From NCBI GenBank assembly GCA_026003475.1, contig BPHJ01000001.1, positions 256,545 to 320,544 on the forward strand: 64,000 bases of DNA. The letters are read 5' to 3'. Numbering within the stretch: position 1 is the stretch's first letter; each line of letters opens with the position of its first letter. This document shows, piece after piece, positions 26,959-36,379 of this stretch. A program made the translations under genes and the position numbers. This stretch comes from Candidatus Kapaibacterium sp. (GTDB lineage Bacteria; Bacteroidota; Ignavibacteria; Kapaibacteriales; NICIL-2). The notes below the pieces were generated by a model. That model searched no databases and was not told the origin of the DNA. It worked only from the letters and a program-made list of their open reading frames with translations.

Positions 26959-28263
26959 ATGGTGTGCAAAAATGAACGTTCGCCGATGAACCGCCGCTCC
27001 TCCGAGCGCCAGCAAACCACTCAGGTGCTTGCCATGCCCTCGTGCACAGTGTTGCCATCGGGCGTGACAGTGGTCAGCGATTGTGTCGAGCATGTTCGCA
27101 CGGTGGCCGTTGGCATCTGGGTTGACTGTGGAAGCCGCAACGATACCATCCCTGGCATTGCTCACATGCTCGAGCATGTTCTCTTTCGCCGCTCAGCGCG
27201 GTATGCGGGAACCGAGCGGTCACGCGTAGCAGAAATGCTTGGGGCGTACCTGAATGCTTCGACGTCGAAGGAAGTCACAAGCTACTACGCTCGTGGACTT
27301 GCCGAGCACACCGAGCGCTTGATGGATTTGCTGGCCGAGCTGGTTTTCGCGCCAGCCTTTACACCGCAGGACGTGGAGAAAGAACGCAGCGTGATCATCG
27401 AGGAATTGCACAGCTACGACGACGACCCCGAAGAAGTCGTCTGCGACGAGCTTGATCGAGTACTCTTTGGCAATCATCCGTTGGGGCATCCCATCGCTGG
27501 CAGTCGCGAGAGTGTCAGCAGCATCACCGCAGACGATTTGATGGAGTTCTACCGCCGATGGTACACCGCTGCCAACTGCGCTATCATCATCAGCGGACCG
27601 ATTCAGCACAGCGACGCAGTTGCCATGGTTGAGCGGGTCCTTTCCCGCTGGAGGCCGCTGCGAGGGTCCGTGCCCATCGCTCCCGAACGGTCACCACGGC
27701 GGCTGGCTGCACGTCGAGGTATGCGCAAAACGATTGCTCGCTCGTTCCAACAGGCGCACTGTGCAGTGGGAATTCAAACTCCAGGTGCACGAAGTCCGCA
27801 GCGCTATGGACTTGCGCTGCTGAATATTCTCTTTGGTGACAGCGCAAGCTCCCGGTTGTACCGTCGCTTACGCGAGCATCGTGCCCTTGCGTATACGGTG
27901 TATTCGTCGTTGCAGTTACTGAGCGATTGTGGGCAACTGGTGATTTATGCCGGATTGCGTCCGGATCGTGTTGACAGTGCGCTGGCTGCCCTCGAAGCAG
28001 AGATCGAGCGACTGGGAACGCACCCTCCGACGCCAACGGAATTTCGGCGTGCACGGCAGCAGCTACGGACATCGCTCCTGATGAGCACCGAGAGCTTGTC
28101 GGCGCGGATGCATGCAATCGCGCGCATGCTCTTCGAGGAAGGGAAGCTCGAGCCGCTTGACGCAATTGCAACGGCGATCGAGCAAACAACGCTGGAAGAG
28201 GTCTGCTCCTTAGCTGTACAGCTTGCTAATTGGCGCACGTGGTCGCTGGTGCTCTGCCGATAG
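26959..28263 (+). CDS. M16-family (pitrilysin/insulinase-like) zinc peptidase
   Basis: Inverted zinc motif HMLEHVLF (HxxEH), and N-terminal …TTQVLAMPSCTVLPSGVTVVS, typical of M16. Start may be at 26986 or 27034. Confidence 0.8.
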   Translation: MVCKNERSPMNRRSSERQQTTQVLAMPSCTVLPSGVTVVSDCVEHVRTVAVGIWVDCGSRNDTIPGIAHMLEHVLFRRSARYAGTERSRVAEMLGAYLNASTSKEVTSYYARGLAEHTERLMDLLAELVFAPAFTPQDVEKERSVIIEELHSYDDDPEEVVCDELDRVLFGNHPLGHPIAGSRESVSSITADDLMEFYRRWYTAANCAIIISGPIQHSDAVAMVERVLSRWRPLRGSVPIAPERSPRRLAARRGMRKTIARSFQQAHCAVGIQTPGARSPQRYGLALLNILFGDSASSRLYRRLREHRALAYTVYSSLQLLSDCGQLVIYAGLRPDRVDSALAALEAEIERLGTHPPTPTEFRRARQQLRTSLLMSTESLSARMHAIARMLFEEGKLEPLDAIATAIEQTTLEEVCSLAVQLANWRTWSLVLCR

Positions 28264-28266
28264 CGC

Positions 28267-29154
28267 TTAGTGCGCGCGGGGAATCGCTGCATCAGCGCTC
28301 CAGAGCAGCTTCTGCCGAAGCACGTCGAAGTAGGTTGTGTCGGCACGCTTGATCAAGCGTGCAGTGCACTGCGATCGGCGAATCGTGCAGCGCATATTGG
28401 GTTCGAAGGGTGCGAGCTGCTGCCCATCGGCAACGAGCGATGCAGCATGGCTTTCAGGATCGAGCAGGAGAGTAATCTCCGATGTATCGCTCACAACTAA
28501 GGGGCGGAGCGTCAGCATATGCGGGCAAATCGGGACCACCGCGAGAACCTGCGCTGAGGGTGCAATGATTGGTCCGCCACACGAAAGCGAATACGCCGTC
28601 GAACCGGTCGGTGTTGTAACAATCAGTCCATCGGCGCGGTAGCGGGCGATGTAGTGTTCGTCCACCCAAGCGTGGATGGTGATCATGCGGGACGAATCGC
28701 GCTTTTCAATGGCAAATTCGTTGAGAGCGTAGAGCATTGTTGGCTTGTCGTCGAGCTCGATGGTGGTTTCAACCAGCGCTCGATCCACGATGCGATACCG
28801 TCCGCCGAGGATGTCGGCGATGGTAGAGCGGAGATTGTCGGCGGGGAACTCAGCTAAGAAACCCAGCTTGCCAAGGTTGACGCCCAGCAATGGCAGATCG
28901 CTATCGGCAAGGCGACGCGCGCATGCGAGCATGGTGCCATCACCCCCAAAGCACATGACCACATCAGCAAAGCGGCCGAATTCTTCCAGCGGCAGCGCTT
29001 CGACGCGCTCTGCGATCGCCGGGACCATCCGCGCTTTGACTTCTGGCTCGACACACACCTCGGCACCCTGTTCGAGCAATACTTCCACTGCTTCAACAAC
29101 GCGGCGAAGGGCATCAGTCTTGCCTAAGTTCACGTAGAGTCCGATGCGGTTCAT
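28267..29154 (-). CDS. nadK: NAD(+) kinase
   Basis: GGDGTML motif (CFGGDGTMLACARRL) and NLGKLGFL. 295 aa. Confidence 0.9.
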   Translation of the reverse strand: MNRIGLYVNLGKTDALRRVVEAVEVLLEQGAEVCVEPEVKARMVPAIAERVEALPLEEFGRFADVVMCFGGDGTMLACARRLADSDLPLLGVNLGKLGFLAEFPADNLRSTIADILGGRYRIVDRALVETTIELDDKPTMLYALNEFAIEKRDSSRMITIHAWVDEHYIARYRADGLIVTTPTGSTAYSLSCGGPIIAPSAQVLAVVPICPHMLTLRPLVVSDTSEITLLLDPESHAASLVADGQQLAPFEPNMRCTIRRSQCTARLIKRADTTYFDVLRQKLLWSADAAIPRAH

Positions 29155-29444
29155 GTCAGGCGCTCCTCCGATGGCGGGGCAGATTGGGTAGTGGCAGCAT
29201 CCCGCACCCGAACATAGGCAAGCCGAAGCTGGGTCAGCGACTGGAGGAGGAACTGTTCTTCGTCCTGGTTGCGGGCAGCACGCGTGCGCTCTTCGATCAC
29301 CTCCAATAGTTCAATGGCAGCCCGTGCAGCATCGAGTTCCACCGTGGGTTGGTTGGTCAAGGGATTGGGAAGCTCGCCCAAGGCAATCAACGCTTGATGC
29401 ACAAACAGCGCTCCAACATCGCGTAGGTCCGGACGCCGGCTCAT
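29151..29444 (-). CDS. DUF1844-like small protein
   Basis: FVHQALIALGELPNPLTNQPTVELDAARAAIELLEVIEERTRAARNQDEEQFLLQSLTQLRLAYV fits my recollection of the DUF1844 pattern. Translationally coupled on both sides: ATGA overlap with nadK and TAATG with pntA-II. Confidence 0.4.
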   Translation of the reverse strand: MSRRPDLRDVGALFVHQALIALGELPNPLTNQPTVELDAARAAIELLEVIEERTRAARNQDEEQFLLQSLTQLRLAYVRVRDAATTQSAPPSEERLT

Positions 29445-29761
29445 TATTTGGTCGTTGGACGATGACGAAACATTTCCAGCATGCGATCAGTGACGACAAA
29501 TCCACCGACGACGTTGAGCGTGCCCAAAACGACTGCGATAAAACCCAATGCTTGAGCAAACAGGTTTTCTGGCGATGCATGCCCGAGCACGATAATCGCG
29601 CCGATGAGTACGACTCCATGAATGGCATTGGCTCCCGACATCAACGGCGTATGGAGTACCGATGGCACTTTCGCAATTACCTCGACACCCACGAAGATCG
29701 AAAGAATCAGCACGTACACCATCTCGATGTTCGCGCCGATGAAGGTCACAAGTGATTCCAT
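29444..29761 (-). CDS. pntAB: Proton-translocating NAD(P) transhydrogenase subunit alpha part 2 (PntA-II, membrane segment) — orphan
   Basis: …LHTPLMSGANAIHGVVLIGAIIVLG…ALGFIAVVLGTLNVVGGFVVTDRMLEMFRHR aligns convincingly with the E. coli PntA C-terminal TM domain ([25 protein letters not shown]…GGFTVTQRMLKMF). No pntAA or pntB is adjacent. Confidence 0.75.
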   Translation of the reverse strand: MESLVTFIGANIEMVYVLILSIFVGVEVIAKVPSVLHTPLMSGANAIHGVVLIGAIIVLGHASPENLFAQALGFIAVVLGTLNVVGGFVVTDRMLEMFRHRPTTK

Positions 29762-29821
29762 CCTCATCATCAACGGGTCGTTCGACGGCAGCGAAACTAC
29801 GAAGGCTGCTCCCATCGCGAG

Positions 29822-30406
29822 TTGGAACTCTATCAGCGGCTGGCATGGTTAGAGCCTGTGGTATTTTCGATGTGCATGTTGGACGTTTCCGATACTGTCA
29901 TGATCGTGTTTCCTGCGGTGATTGCCACCGCGATGGTCCTCAGTGGTGGTGGAAGTGCACCGAACGTTGGATCGAAAGCGCCTGATTTCCGCGCTGCATC
30001 TACTGCTGGGACGCTGCAACTGAGCAGCTTGCGTGGCAAGTGGGTCGTGTTGTACTTCTATCCCAAGTCATTCACCCCAGGCTGCACGGCTGAGTCGTGT
30101 TCGTTGCGGGATGGATTCGATTCGCTGCGCACGCTCAATGCTACCATTCTGGGGGTGAGCACCGATGACCTGGAGACGCAGCAACGGTTCAAGAAAGAGT
30201 ATGCCTTGCCCTTCGAGCTGGTTGCCGATACCGATAAGCGCGTCGTCGAAGCCTTCGGCACCAGCGGAATGCTGGGTTTTGCCAAGCGGCGAACCTTTAT
30301 CATTGATCCGGAAGGCACCATTCGCGCTATTATCGAGGATGTGGACACCCGCCACCACGCCGAGCAAGTGCACGCGATGCTTGCACAGTTGCAGCAAGCC
30401 AAATAG
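29822..30406 (+). CDS. bcp: Peroxiredoxin, Bcp-type (AhpC/TSA family thiol peroxidase)
   Basis: GSKAPDFRAAS…GKWVVLYFYPKSFTPGCTAESCSLRD contains the peroxidatic Cys motif. Exact start uncertain (29822, 29873 or 29897). Confidence 0.8.
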   Translation: MELYQRLAWLEPVVFSMCMLDVSDTVMIVFPAVIATAMVLSGGGSAPNVGSKAPDFRAASTAGTLQLSSLRGKWVVLYFYPKSFTPGCTAESCSLRDGFDSLRTLNATILGVSTDDLETQQRFKKEYALPFELVADTDKRVVEAFGTSGMLGFAKRRTFIIDPEGTIRAIIEDVDTRHHAEQVHAMLAQLQQAK

Positions 30407-30410
30407 CCGA

Positions 30411-31139
30411 CTACAACAGCCGACCGAGCGATGCAATACCGAGCGGTTCAAGGCAGAGAAGCCCTTCGGCATACTGTGTACCGATCAAGCTTCCCCAGTA
30501 GCGAGCACGGGCTTGAACCGCATTGAGAAAATCCGGACGTGAGAGCACTGTTTCTGGTTCGTCGCTCTGGTAGCGGTCGGGGACGTACACTTGCGATGCA
30601 TAGGCTCGGATAGCAGCCATTTTTTTGTCAAACGTGGGGGTAATATCCACCAGCAAGTCGGGCTCGTGGTGGTAGGCTTGGATGTAGCAGAAAAGCCGTT
30701 CGGGACGGAATGGTGCCTGTTCTGAGCCATCGGGTGCGAACGTCCGCACCTTAGCCATGCCACTTTTGAAGTACGCAGTGCGAACGATGCGGTGCACAGC
30801 CTCGTGATCGGGATGCCGCTCAAATGCAGGAGGGAAGAGGACAATGCGTGGTTGGTATGCACGAAAGCGCTGCACAATGTGGAGAACCGCATCCTCCGTC
30901 GGCGTGATCATGCTATCGGGGAATTCCAGCCACTCGCGAACGTGGACACCGAGAATTTTCTGCGCAGCCTGTGCTTCTTGGATGCGACGCTCGGCACTGC
31001 CGCGGGTGCCTTGCTCGCCACGCGTGCAGTCCACGATGCCGACGCGGAAACCTTCCTCGACCAATGCTGCTACGATGCCACCAACACAGAGTTCGACATC
31101 GTCGGGGTGAGCGCCAATAGCCAGAACATCGAGTTTCAT
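30411..31139 (-). CDS. PIG-L/LmbE-family N-acetylglucosaminyl deacetylase, BshB1-like (bacillithiol biosynthesis)
   Basis: MKLDVLAIGAHPDDVELCVGGIVAALVEEG is the AHPDDxE zinc-binding signature. Confidence 0.65.
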   Translation of the reverse strand: MKLDVLAIGAHPDDVELCVGGIVAALVEEGFRVGIVDCTRGEQGTRGSAERRIQEAQAAQKILGVHVREWLEFPDSMITPTEDAVLHIVQRFRAYQPRIVLFPPAFERHPDHEAVHRIVRTAYFKSGMAKVRTFAPDGSEQAPFRPERLFCYIQAYHHEPDLLVDITPTFDKKMAAIRAYASQVYVPDRYQSDEPETVLSRPDFLNAVQARARYWGSLIGTQYAEGLLCLEPLGIASLGRLL

Positions 31140-31198
31140 TGTGCCAGAATCATCCATTCGTGATACATCGTGGGAAGTGTCCACTGCAGCGCCCGAGC

Positions 31199-33616
31199 TT
31201 AGAAGCTGTAGCGCAGTCCGAGTGCAAGCTGGAGCCGCTCGACGGTCCAGGTCGCATCACGGAGAACACTCCCGAGCGGGAGGACGTACTGAACTGCCAG
31301 CGTTGCTGTCCACTGTTGGGTGTGAGGTATCGGTGCCGCAAAACCGAATCCGCCGTAGAGTTCGGGAATGAATGCGGCTGTTGCTGCGTCGCGTTGTGCG
31401 GTCATGGTGCCAGGTACGATGGCATCGGCAAGTGGTGAAGGGAGAACAAACCGTCGCTCCAGGTCAAATGCCGAGGATAGCGGGATTGCTCCTTGCAGGC
31501 CACCGCTCAGGTACAGCTCGTAGATACGCGAGCCACTTTGCTTGGTCAAAAGCACCCACTCTGCACCAATTCCGATTGCCAGCATCGGTGCGCGGGGGAT
31601 CAGTCGCGTTTCTGCTTGAACAACAACTAGGGAATCGTTTGCAAGCCGAATGTGTGTGGTGCTGGTATCCGGTGCCGCCAGATACTGTGCAAAAGGTTGC
31701 AAGCTCAGTCGGGCGGTCAAGCGGAGAGCATCGCTTATCGAGTACCCGCCGCTCACACTAATGCCGATCGCTCCACCGTAAGCGTTCGATGTCGGACGGG
31801 GCAGGCGGATTTCGCCGGTTGCACTCAACGAGCTGGTGTGGTAGACAGCATTGGCGGTCCCCCATAGGCCAAGATGCCAAGGTGTCCGTGGTGGGCAAGA
31901 AAATCCGCTGGTGAATTCGAAGCTGCGGCGCTGGTGGTTGTAGCAGTACGTGTAGGTAACCACCGAACGATTCCCCGCGGCATCAATAAGTGCCAGTACA
32001 AGCTGGCCATCCTGTTCCAGATCGAGGGGATGAACGTTGAATTCTGCTTGTGGCTGTCCGCGCTCGATACGGGGGAGATATGCACGCAAGTTCCGCGCCT
32101 GGAGTGGTGTGATGCTATCGAGACCGCTATCGGTGGGGCGATCGTCGCGAACGATCACACGGAGCGCCTTCCCCTGGGATGTGATTTGAAATGCACTCTG
32201 CGGTGGCAGTCGGTCGCGGAGAGTGTCGAGAACAAAAAATGTCTGCCCACCCATCGTGCCATAGGCATCGTAGGCATCGCTACGGTAGCCGAAGCCATAG
32301 GAATACAGTCCGAACGGCTCATCACCGGTGATGGTGTGTGTACCGTAGCTGAGCCGAACATGTGCCACAAAATAGCTGCTGATACCGATGCGCTCAAAGC
32401 TGGTTGCGGGAATGGGGCGGCCGTCCAAGCGGATTGTGCCAATAGCTTCCTCACGCGCGACGATGTTGACGTAATGATCCCATGAACCCTGTACGGGTGT
32501 TGCAATGCGGTAGCGGTCAACGAACTGCTGTGTTGGGGAAATCAGAATCATCATCGGATCACCGACTTCGTCACCATTGCCGAAGCCTTGGGAGTACTGC
32601 GCAACCAGGATTGGCTTATCTGCCGATAGTTGGACGTGGTCTGTGGCATTGGGTTCTTCGTAGTACTCCCCAGCGTTGAGGATAGCAATGAGTGTTTGGT
32701 CTTTGAATACGCGTGTCCGGTCCTGGCTGGCAAGGATGCGATACGTGTAGCGTGAACGTCCGCGGAGCTTGCCGATGTAGTACTGCTTGCCCCAGGCGCT
32801 GATGGGCGGGAGCTGCTCGACAAGGTGGTTGCAGGCTTTGGTGCCCGGCGGGACGTAGGCACAGGTATGCCCGCTGAAGACGGCGATGGGTTTGGTGGCT
32901 TTGATGAGCGTGCCGGTCAGATCGCCCGTGCCTGTGGCGAAGTATTGCGCACGGACTTGATAGACTTGTCCCCGATCGAGGGTGATGGTGTAGCGCTCGT
33001 AGGCGCCGTGCCTATCGGTGGTCGGAGTCGTTGGGGTGATCTCCACTTGCGTATCATCCTCCGTGGCAATGATCGCAAACAGTGGTGCCAAGACTGCCGA
33101 CAACTTGCTGTAACAGAACGCGCGGTATTCAGTGCCAAGCACACTGACGGGAAGGGCAAGGTAGGTGTCGGTTGTCTGGATGCGATGATTGAGTGCATAG
33201 ACGGAGATGGGTGCAGTGCTTTGGATGTGGAGCGCTCGGTTCTTGATGCGGGGGAAGGTATCGAGCTCGGCTTCAGGCGTGATCGGGACGCTACCGATGG
33301 TGCCTCCCTTGATCCGCAACGAATGGCGGAAACCGAGCGCTGGAATTTCGAGCAGCACATCAGCATCGTCTTCGGCCGTGATGAACACCTCCAGCGAGGC
33401 GGGCTCGTAGCTGCCAGGTTTGTTGGGGTCTTCTTCGCGGAAGTTCTTCATGAAGCAGAGCCAAAACTCCGTGCCTTCGGAGTTCAGAATACGATACCGC
33501 GCTGCTGTGTCGGCTCCCTGGGCCCAAAGTCGAGCGCTTACCCCGGAGACAACAACAAGAGTGCAGCCAATCCACGCCAGGATACGGAGTGCGTTTTTCA
33601 CTTCCCAACCACGCAT
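31199..33616 (-). CDS. Secreted protein: IgGFc-binding-protein-N-terminal-like domain (~480 aa) fused to a C-terminal outer-membrane beta-barrel (~300 aa, ends …LGLRYSF)
   Basis: Signal peptide-like N-terminus. Motif GTEFWLCFMKN and ~450-aa homology to the N-terminal half of the 41453..44416 protein. The C-terminal region has alternating hydrophobic beta-strands (AIGISVSGGYSIS, LAIGIGAEWVLL, WTATLAVQYVLPL) and a terminal Phe. Confidence 0.55.
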   Translation of the reverse strand: MRGWEVKNALRILAWIGCTLVVVSGVSARLWAQGADTAARYRILNSEGTEFWLCFMKNFREEDPNKPGSYEPASLEVFITAEDDADVLLEIPALGFRHSLRIKGGTIGSVPITPEAELDTFPRIKNRALHIQSTAPISVYALNHRIQTTDTYLALPVSVLGTEYRAFCYSKLSAVLAPLFAIIATEDDTQVEITPTTPTTDRHGAYERYTITLDRGQVYQVRAQYFATGTGDLTGTLIKATKPIAVFSGHTCAYVPPGTKACNHLVEQLPPISAWGKQYYIGKLRGRSRYTYRILASQDRTRVFKDQTLIAILNAGEYYEEPNATDHVQLSADKPILVAQYSQGFGNGDEVGDPMMILISPTQQFVDRYRIATPVQGSWDHYVNIVAREEAIGTIRLDGRPIPATSFERIGISSYFVAHVRLSYGTHTITGDEPFGLYSYGFGYRSDAYDAYGTMGGQTFFVLDTLRDRLPPQSAFQITSQGKALRVIVRDDRPTDSGLDSITPLQARNLRAYLPRIERGQPQAEFNVHPLDLEQDGQLVLALIDAAGNRSVVTYTYCYNHQRRSFEFTSGFSCPPRTPWHLGLWGTANAVYHTSSLSATGEIRLPRPTSNAYGGAIGISVSGGYSISDALRLTARLSLQPFAQYLAAPDTSTTHIRLANDSLVVVQAETRLIPRAPMLAIGIGAEWVLLTKQSGSRIYELYLSGGLQGAIPLSSAFDLERRFVLPSPLADAIVPGTMTAQRDAATAAFIPELYGGFGFAAPIPHTQQWTATLAVQYVLPLGSVLRDATWTVERLQLALGLRYSF

Positions 33617-34374
33617 GGTGCGATGAAAACGCGGCTATCGGTGCGGAACCAGAGGTGATACACTCCCGCTCCTGTTGCTGTGCGTTCAATCGGCAGTGCG
33701 ATCGTGTGCGAACCTACCGGTGTCGGGGGAAGTTGCCAGCGCCCAACTTCTCGGCCGAGGGGATCGAACAACGCTACTTCTGGTGCTGCTTCGCGATCGA
33801 GCCAGAACGTCGCATTGATGCGGTCTCCGTCAACGGGGTTTGGGAAGACTGGACCAAATGCCTGCTCCTGGCTCAGTTTCAGGGGTGTTGCTGGTTCCAA
33901 AACGAGCGTTCCGCCCTGCGATTGGACTGCGCGCTGGAGACCATTGGCCGTAAGGTCCACGACGGCAAGCACCGCAGGCGAAGTGCCACTCCAAAGGGCA
34001 GTACAGTGTAGGAGCAGTTCGGCTGAATCAAGAGCACCAGTGACAAGAACACGAATGCGAAGTACACCATCGGAGCCGCTGGTGTCGTCGGCGATGATCG
34101 TTGTAACCATGCGTTGCGGAAACCTTGCCGCAACCGAATCTATACTAAGCGCTGCGCGAGTATAGCGCAACTGGACTTGCAGGACGTCGCCCCGCTGCAG
34201 TGGCAGAGCGAGCACGACCGGCGCAACGGCAAGCGTACCGCGAGCAAGTGTGGTGTCGGGTAACCGAACATGCACTTGTGCCTGCAGCAGCAGCGGTGCA
34301 GTGCACAATCCGAAGAGCAGGTAACGCAGCACTATCGGTTGCAAATGGTGAGTGCAAGCAAAAATACGCCCCAC
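33598..34374 (-). CDS. Secreted protein with T9SS C-terminal sorting domain, co-transcribed upstream of the IgGFc/beta-barrel gene
   Basis: C-terminal FPNPVDGDRINATFWLDREAAPEVALFDPLGREVGRWQLP…GAGVYHLWFRTDSRVFI is a type-A CTD. 19-nt overlap with the downstream gene. Confidence 0.5.
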   Translation of the reverse strand: MGRIFACTHHLQPIVLRYLLFGLCTAPLLLQAQVHVRLPDTTLARGTLAVAPVVLALPLQRGDVLQVQLRYTRAALSIDSVAARFPQRMVTTIIADDTSGSDGVLRIRVLVTGALDSAELLLHCTALWSGTSPAVLAVVDLTANGLQRAVQSQGGTLVLEPATPLKLSQEQAFGPVFPNPVDGDRINATFWLDREAAPEVALFDPLGREVGRWQLPPTPVGSHTIALPIERTATGAGVYHLWFRTDSRVFIAPCVVGK

Positions 34375-34527
34375 ACTCGAGGCAGACGCGACACCAATGC
34401 CTCCTGGTGCAAGAATCGTTCCTGGTACTCTATCCCCGCTGCGGCACGGCGTGTCACAACCAAAAACATGACCGCTGGTTTAGGTGTCTCGATCACGATT
34501 TTTGTTTCACCATGGCATTCAGCGACG

Positions 34528-36153
34528 ATGAGAGTGATGGTGGTTGGTCTTCTGCTTGTGGTTGTCCTGGCTGCACCGGTGGGTGCGCAGTGGATACGTG
34601 CGACTGGATCTCTGGGTACGTCGGCGGAGGTGTATCGCGCGTTTGGCTCACCGGCCCGACTACCGTCGGAAACCTACCGTGCTGTTGGGCGACTCAGCAT
34701 CATTCTTGCTGACCAGGTCGAGCTTCCCTGCGAGCTGTACCTCAACAGCGGGCAGATTGGTTTTCAGCAGCCATTCAACCAGTTCGGCGTTACACCGCGT
34801 ATCGGAAGCTGGCTTCAACTGTTCGGTGGATGGTATTCGACCAGGGTTTCCGATTACACGTTCGGCGATTTGCGTATTCTCGGTGGCGGTATCGAGCTGA
34901 GCCCCGGTGCATTTCGGCTGGCGATCCATTACGGCTACACCAGACAGGGTCGCGATCCGGATACGATGCAAGCACTCGTTGGTGAATATCGCCGCCGTGT
35001 CATTGTTGGCAAATTTGGCTACGAAGGGCAAGACGGCAACTTTATTACAGTCCAAGCGATGGCTTCCCAAGACGAGCCTGGCAGTATTGGCCGTGATAGC
35101 CTGACGCCGCAACCGCAGGCTAATGCGGTTTTTTCGATTGCCGCTGGTCTTGGGGCGCTCGATGGTGCAATCGGCTTTCGTGGCGAAGCTGCGGCAGGAC
35201 TGTTTACCAACAACACGCGAGCAGGGCTCGATAGCGCTCTTGCCGAGAATATTCCTTCTTGGTTCCAGCAGCTTATACCGACCAACGCAACCTCTAACCT
35301 CGATGCTGCAGCACGGCTCAATCTCAGCATTACCCCTTCGGCAACATGGGGACTTGTCCTCGATGGACAGTGGGTCGGACCGGGATTTGTCACGCTGGGG
35401 TATGCCCAGCTTCTCAACGATGTGTTCGATCTCAATGCTTCTCCCTACGTGCGATTGTTCGATGGCAAGCTTTCGCTCCGTGCAACTGTTGGGCGACGGA
35501 CGAACAACCTCCGCCGTACCCGAATTGCGACGCTCGAACGCTGGATGACCAATGCTGGCGCCAATTGGCAACTGAGCAATGCTGTCGGGCTTGATGTGCA
35601 GTTCGGTCAGTACACGATGCGTTCGGACCACACCAATGATAGCCTCCGTGCAGACAACACGACTCAGACAGTGACAGTCTCGCCCACCTGGCGACTGGGA
35701 ACCGGCAGTGGGGAGCATTTTTTCACAGCATCGTTGACCTACCAGCGCACCCAGGACAATAACCGTGTCTCCGGTCAGTACGGGAACAACTCCATGGCCA
35801 GTGCAACAGTATCTCATAGCGTGCAATTGCCCTCAAAGCTTGGGCTCAGCACTGCCCTCAACTATAGTCGTGTGCAAACATACCTGCAGAACATCAGCAT
35901 GGGCACATTGAGCGAATCGGTAACCTATCCCTTCGCGCAGCAATGGAATGCCAGAGCTACTCTGGGGTTGAACGTTACCAACTCGACGGTAACTACACTG
36001 CAACTCCTGTTCCGCGCTGCATTGACCTATACCTTCGAGCAATGGGGCAGCCTCACACTTCAGCTCATGAACAACACCTTCGACCTGACCGGACAGCAGG
36101 GCAACCGATACACTGAGCTTTTCGGCAGCCTGCAGTATGCTCTAAATTTCTAA
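34528..36153 (+). CDS. Outer-membrane beta-barrel protein (porin-like), unknown family
   Basis: Signal peptide MRVMVVGLLLVVVLAAPVGAQ. Ends …SLQYALNF, the C-terminal Phe OMP signature. Alternating beta-strand pattern throughout. Divergent from the 34374 gene. Confidence 0.5.
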   Translation: MRVMVVGLLLVVVLAAPVGAQWIRATGSLGTSAEVYRAFGSPARLPSETYRAVGRLSIILADQVELPCELYLNSGQIGFQQPFNQFGVTPRIGSWLQLFGGWYSTRVSDYTFGDLRILGGGIELSPGAFRLAIHYGYTRQGRDPDTMQALVGEYRRRVIVGKFGYEGQDGNFITVQAMASQDEPGSIGRDSLTPQPQANAVFSIAAGLGALDGAIGFRGEAAAGLFTNNTRAGLDSALAENIPSWFQQLIPTNATSNLDAAARLNLSITPSATWGLVLDGQWVGPGFVTLGYAQLLNDVFDLNASPYVRLFDGKLSLRATVGRRTNNLRRTRIATLERWMTNAGANWQLSNAVGLDVQFGQYTMRSDHTNDSLRADNTTQTVTVSPTWRLGTGSGEHFFTASLTYQRTQDNNRVSGQYGNNSMASATVSHSVQLPSKLGLSTALNYSRVQTYLQNISMGTLSESVTYPFAQQWNARATLGLNVTNSTVTTLQLLFRAALTYTFEQWGSLTLQLMNNTFDLTGQQGNRYTELFGSLQYALNF

Positions 36154-36379
36154 CGGTTGCTTAATTCGAGCTGGACTAAGGGCAGAGCATTCCTGGTGAC
36201 CGTGGATTTGCAGTCGTGTCGGCAGTTATGCATACCCCGATGTTCCCTCCATAAAGGATGTTGCGTGTTGGTAATCCTTCCGTAACTGTTCGATAACTGC
36301 CCAGCAATGCCCGCCTAACGTTGGAGGGGGAGTTTCGCACCTGGTTCGTGTGTGGTTGTTTCATCTCAATCAGGTTGCG

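Noticed and set aside
32825-33658. 277-aa + strand ORF (and 31874..32485) antisense to the IgGFc/beta-barrel gene
   Set aside because: The minus-strand product is homologous to a paralog elsewhere in the window. The + strand translations are Arg/Gly-rich.
34660-35826. 388-aa ORF antisense to the porin-like OMP
   Set aside because: Plus-strand product has a signal peptide, beta-strand periodicity and terminal Phe. The antisense product has no features.
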